In this document: positions 61,346 to 64,000 of the stretch, one piece after another | How the letters are laid out: each line of letters starts with the position of its first letter | How positions within the stretch are numbered: position 1 is the stretch's first letter | DNA from: Adineta vaga | Lineage: Eukaryota > Animalia > Rotifera | Assembly: GCA_021613535.1 (NCBI GenBank) | Contig: CP075494.1 | Span: forward strand, 3,782,001 to 3,846,000 | Length of the DNA stretch: 64,000 bases | Direction: 5' to 3' | The notes under the pieces: generated by a model | The model's input: only the letters and a program-made list of their open reading frames with translations | Told to the model about the DNA's origin: nothing | Databases searched by the model: none | Made by a program: the position numbers and the translations under genes

Positions 61346-64000
61346 ATGAACAAAGCATTTTACGAATTAATACGAAAGACACCAAATGGTCGTTGGGATG
61401 GAATCAAACGAGTCTATGATCCTGACATAGTTCGTCGATTGCGTAGTGGTGTCGAGATTGAATACACGTTAGCAGTAAGTACTTTAGTAATTCCATTGAA
61501 AACAGAACGCAACTAAAGAATCTTTACCGACACGCACATTCATATATCCACACTCTGTTAGAAAACTAATATTTTAAGAATGAGTTCTTTGATTTTACAG
61601 ACGAATGGAGCTAATAAACTGTGGAATTTGTTACAAACAGAGCCGTATATTAATACGCTTGGAGCCGTCACCGGAAATCAAGCGATGCAAATGGTACGTG
61701 CGGGACTACGCGCAATCTATATGTCTGGTAAATTTCTATACTAGTTCCATTTTGTCTCATTGCAAACTGTTACGAGTATAAAGCATAAAATTATGTGTAT
61801 ATGTCTAGGTTGGCAAGTTGCAGCGGACGGAAATACAGCTGGAACTATGTATCCAGATCAAAGTCTATATCCATCAAATTCTGGACCAGAAATGGTTCGT
61901 CGAATAAATAAAACTTTGGAACGCGCTTCACAAATCGAACATTCCGAAGGTCGAATAACACGCGATTGGTTTGCTCCGATTGTTGCGGATGCCGAGGCTG
62001 GATTTGGAGGTCCTCTGAACTGCTTTGAAATAATGAAGGCTTATATTGAAGCCGGCGCTGCTGGAGTTCATTTCGAAGATCAATTAGCTTCCGAGAAAAA
62101 ATGTGGACATTTGGGCGGAAAGGTAATAAAAAATTGAATATATCAACTCGAATGTTGAATTTAAAATTATGTTCTTTTTTCAAAAACTAAATTTCAGGTT
62201 TTAATACCAACTAGTGCTCATCTGCGAAATTTGAATGCAGCTCGTTTGGCAGCAGATGTTTGTGGAGTTCCAACAGTAATTGTGAGTCGAACGGATGCAG
62301 AATCAGCAACACTATTGACTTCAAATATTGACGAACGGGATCAGGAATTCATCGATATTCCAGCTAGTCGAACTACAGAAGGATTTTTTCGTCTAAAAGA
62401 AGGAACTGGATTACAACATTGTATTAGAAGAGGTCTTAGTGCAGCGCCATTTACGGATCTTCTTTGGTGGGAAACTTCGACACCAAATTTGGAGCATGCA
62501 AAGGTATTTGCAGAAGCGATTCAAAAGGAATTTCCTGGAAAGATGATGGCATATAATTGCTCTCCATCATTCAACTGGCGAGCAAATTTAAGTCCAGAAG
62601 CAATTGCAAAATTTCAGGTACGGTTCTGACAACGTTTTAAGTCTGTTGACACGTCAATTATTTCTAGAATGAACTTGGAGCTATGGGTTATAAATTTCAA
62701 TTTGTCACATTAGCAGGATTTCATTCGATTAACTTCGGAATGTTTGAACTTGCTCGTAAGTACAAAGATCACGGAATGGCTTCGTATTCCGAATTACAAC
62801 AAACAGAATTCAAATCTGAACAATATGGATATACAGCCGTGCGACATCAACGTGAAGTTGGAACGGGCTATTTTGATTTAGTAACTATGGCTGTTACAGG
62901 TAAGCAATATTTACCGATTGAATAATCTGAAGAGAATCATAAATATGTTTTCAACCTTTTTACTTAAATGAGATAATATCTAAAGAAAATTTTAGGAGGA
63001 AAAGCAAGTACAGCTGCGTTGTCTGAATCGACAGAGGCCACACAATTCACCAAAGATGCAGAACCACTTCCATATGGTCTTCCAGTAACTCCTCTTCAAA
63101 CATCGACAGAACCATCCGATGTAAAAGACGTTTTGAAGTAAGTTTCTACACTGACTTAATACCCAAAATCGAATCCATTAAAAGAATTCGTCACTCAAAA
63201 TTCTGAAAAGCAGAAGTTTTATTGCTTTTTTTTGTAAAAAAAATGTTGTTCAAATAAAAAATGCGAATTAATGTTCAATACGATAATGTCTAATAGTATA
63301 AAACGGAACGCATCTGTGGATCATTCAGTACAACTTACAAAGGATTTACAAGAAGGTGATGATAAAGTAATCAATATCGGAACGATACAGTTTTTGGCAA
63401 CTTTACATCGACGATTTGAGAAAAAACGTCAACAAATCTTAGATGCTCGAAAATCTCGTCAGCTCATTCTGGATGCAGGATAGCGACTATTTTCTAACGG
63501 CGACCGAAGATATTCGACGATCAAACTGGAAAATTCGAGGTAAATATTGCAAATCTTCTAGTGTGATAAAATAGTCTGGTTCTAAAACGAACGTTTAGGA
63601 ACTCCAGAGGATCTTCAAGATCGTCGAGTCGAGATCACTGGCCCGTGTGATCGTAAAATGGTTATTAATGCATTAAATTCAGGAGCAAAAACCTATATGG
63701 CAGATTTCGAAGATTCGACGACTCCCACTTGGAGAAATTTAGTTGAAGGTCAAAAGAACTTGTTCGATGCTATTCGTGGTCAAATTTCTTATCAAGATTC
63801 TCAAAGTGGAAAACAATACAAACTTGGTAAAGAGTTTTTTGCAATCTCAAACTTTTTTCTCAATTTTCTATTTCTTGAAAATGTACCTTTTTCAGGACCA
63901 AAACCTGCTGTACTTATGATTCGACCAAGAGGATGGCATTTACCAGAATTGCACGTCCGGGTAGACGGCGAACCAATGTCTGGATCAATTTTCGATTTTG
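61346..64000 (+). CDS. Bifunctional isocitrate lyase-malate synthase (glyoxylate cycle), multi-exon, 3'-truncated by window; lesion at 63481-63484
   Basis: ICL: [59 protein letters not shown]; spliced linker without stop; MS: [37 protein letters not shown]. Confidence 0.93.

Noticed and set aside
1-64000. Bacterial contig or contamination, given many prokaryote-like enzymes
   Set aside because: Spliceosomal introns, T-box, 7TM receptors, ARF and calpain are interleaved with these genes at similar AT-rich composition; no operons, rRNA or tRNA seen

Overview
AT-rich eukaryotic DNA with ~50-70 nt GT-AG introns. The gene families (ADP-ribosyltransferase-TPR, NHL, FG-GAP, kelch, F-box/LRR, orphan 7TM receptors, many intronless bacterial/fungal-type enzymes) point to a bdelloid rotifer; this is inferred, not searched. 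Contents in order: calpain-15 3' end, questin-oxidase-like gene, small Asn coiled-coil gene, two ART-TPR genes, a catalytically dead caspase-like/NHL fusion, an F-box/LRR pseudogene, a membrane-anchored FG-GAP protein, class II aldolase, two 7TM receptors, an ARF, an Asp/Glu racemase, a HExxH protein, a T-box gene split by a 10.4-kb CMC/EnSpm transposon (with nested MITE), kelch, S9 peptidase, vWA, alkenal reductase, and a fused isocitrate lyase-malate synthase running off the right end. The most unusual signal is a family of about 18 short hairpin elements built from telomere-like (TGTGGG/TGAGGG) arms with TCTTGAGGGTG...CACCCTCAAGA ends. They lie at gene boundaries, at the breakpoints of several truncated genes, and at the edge of a 2.5-kb peptidase segment bracketed by a 25-bp direct repeat.
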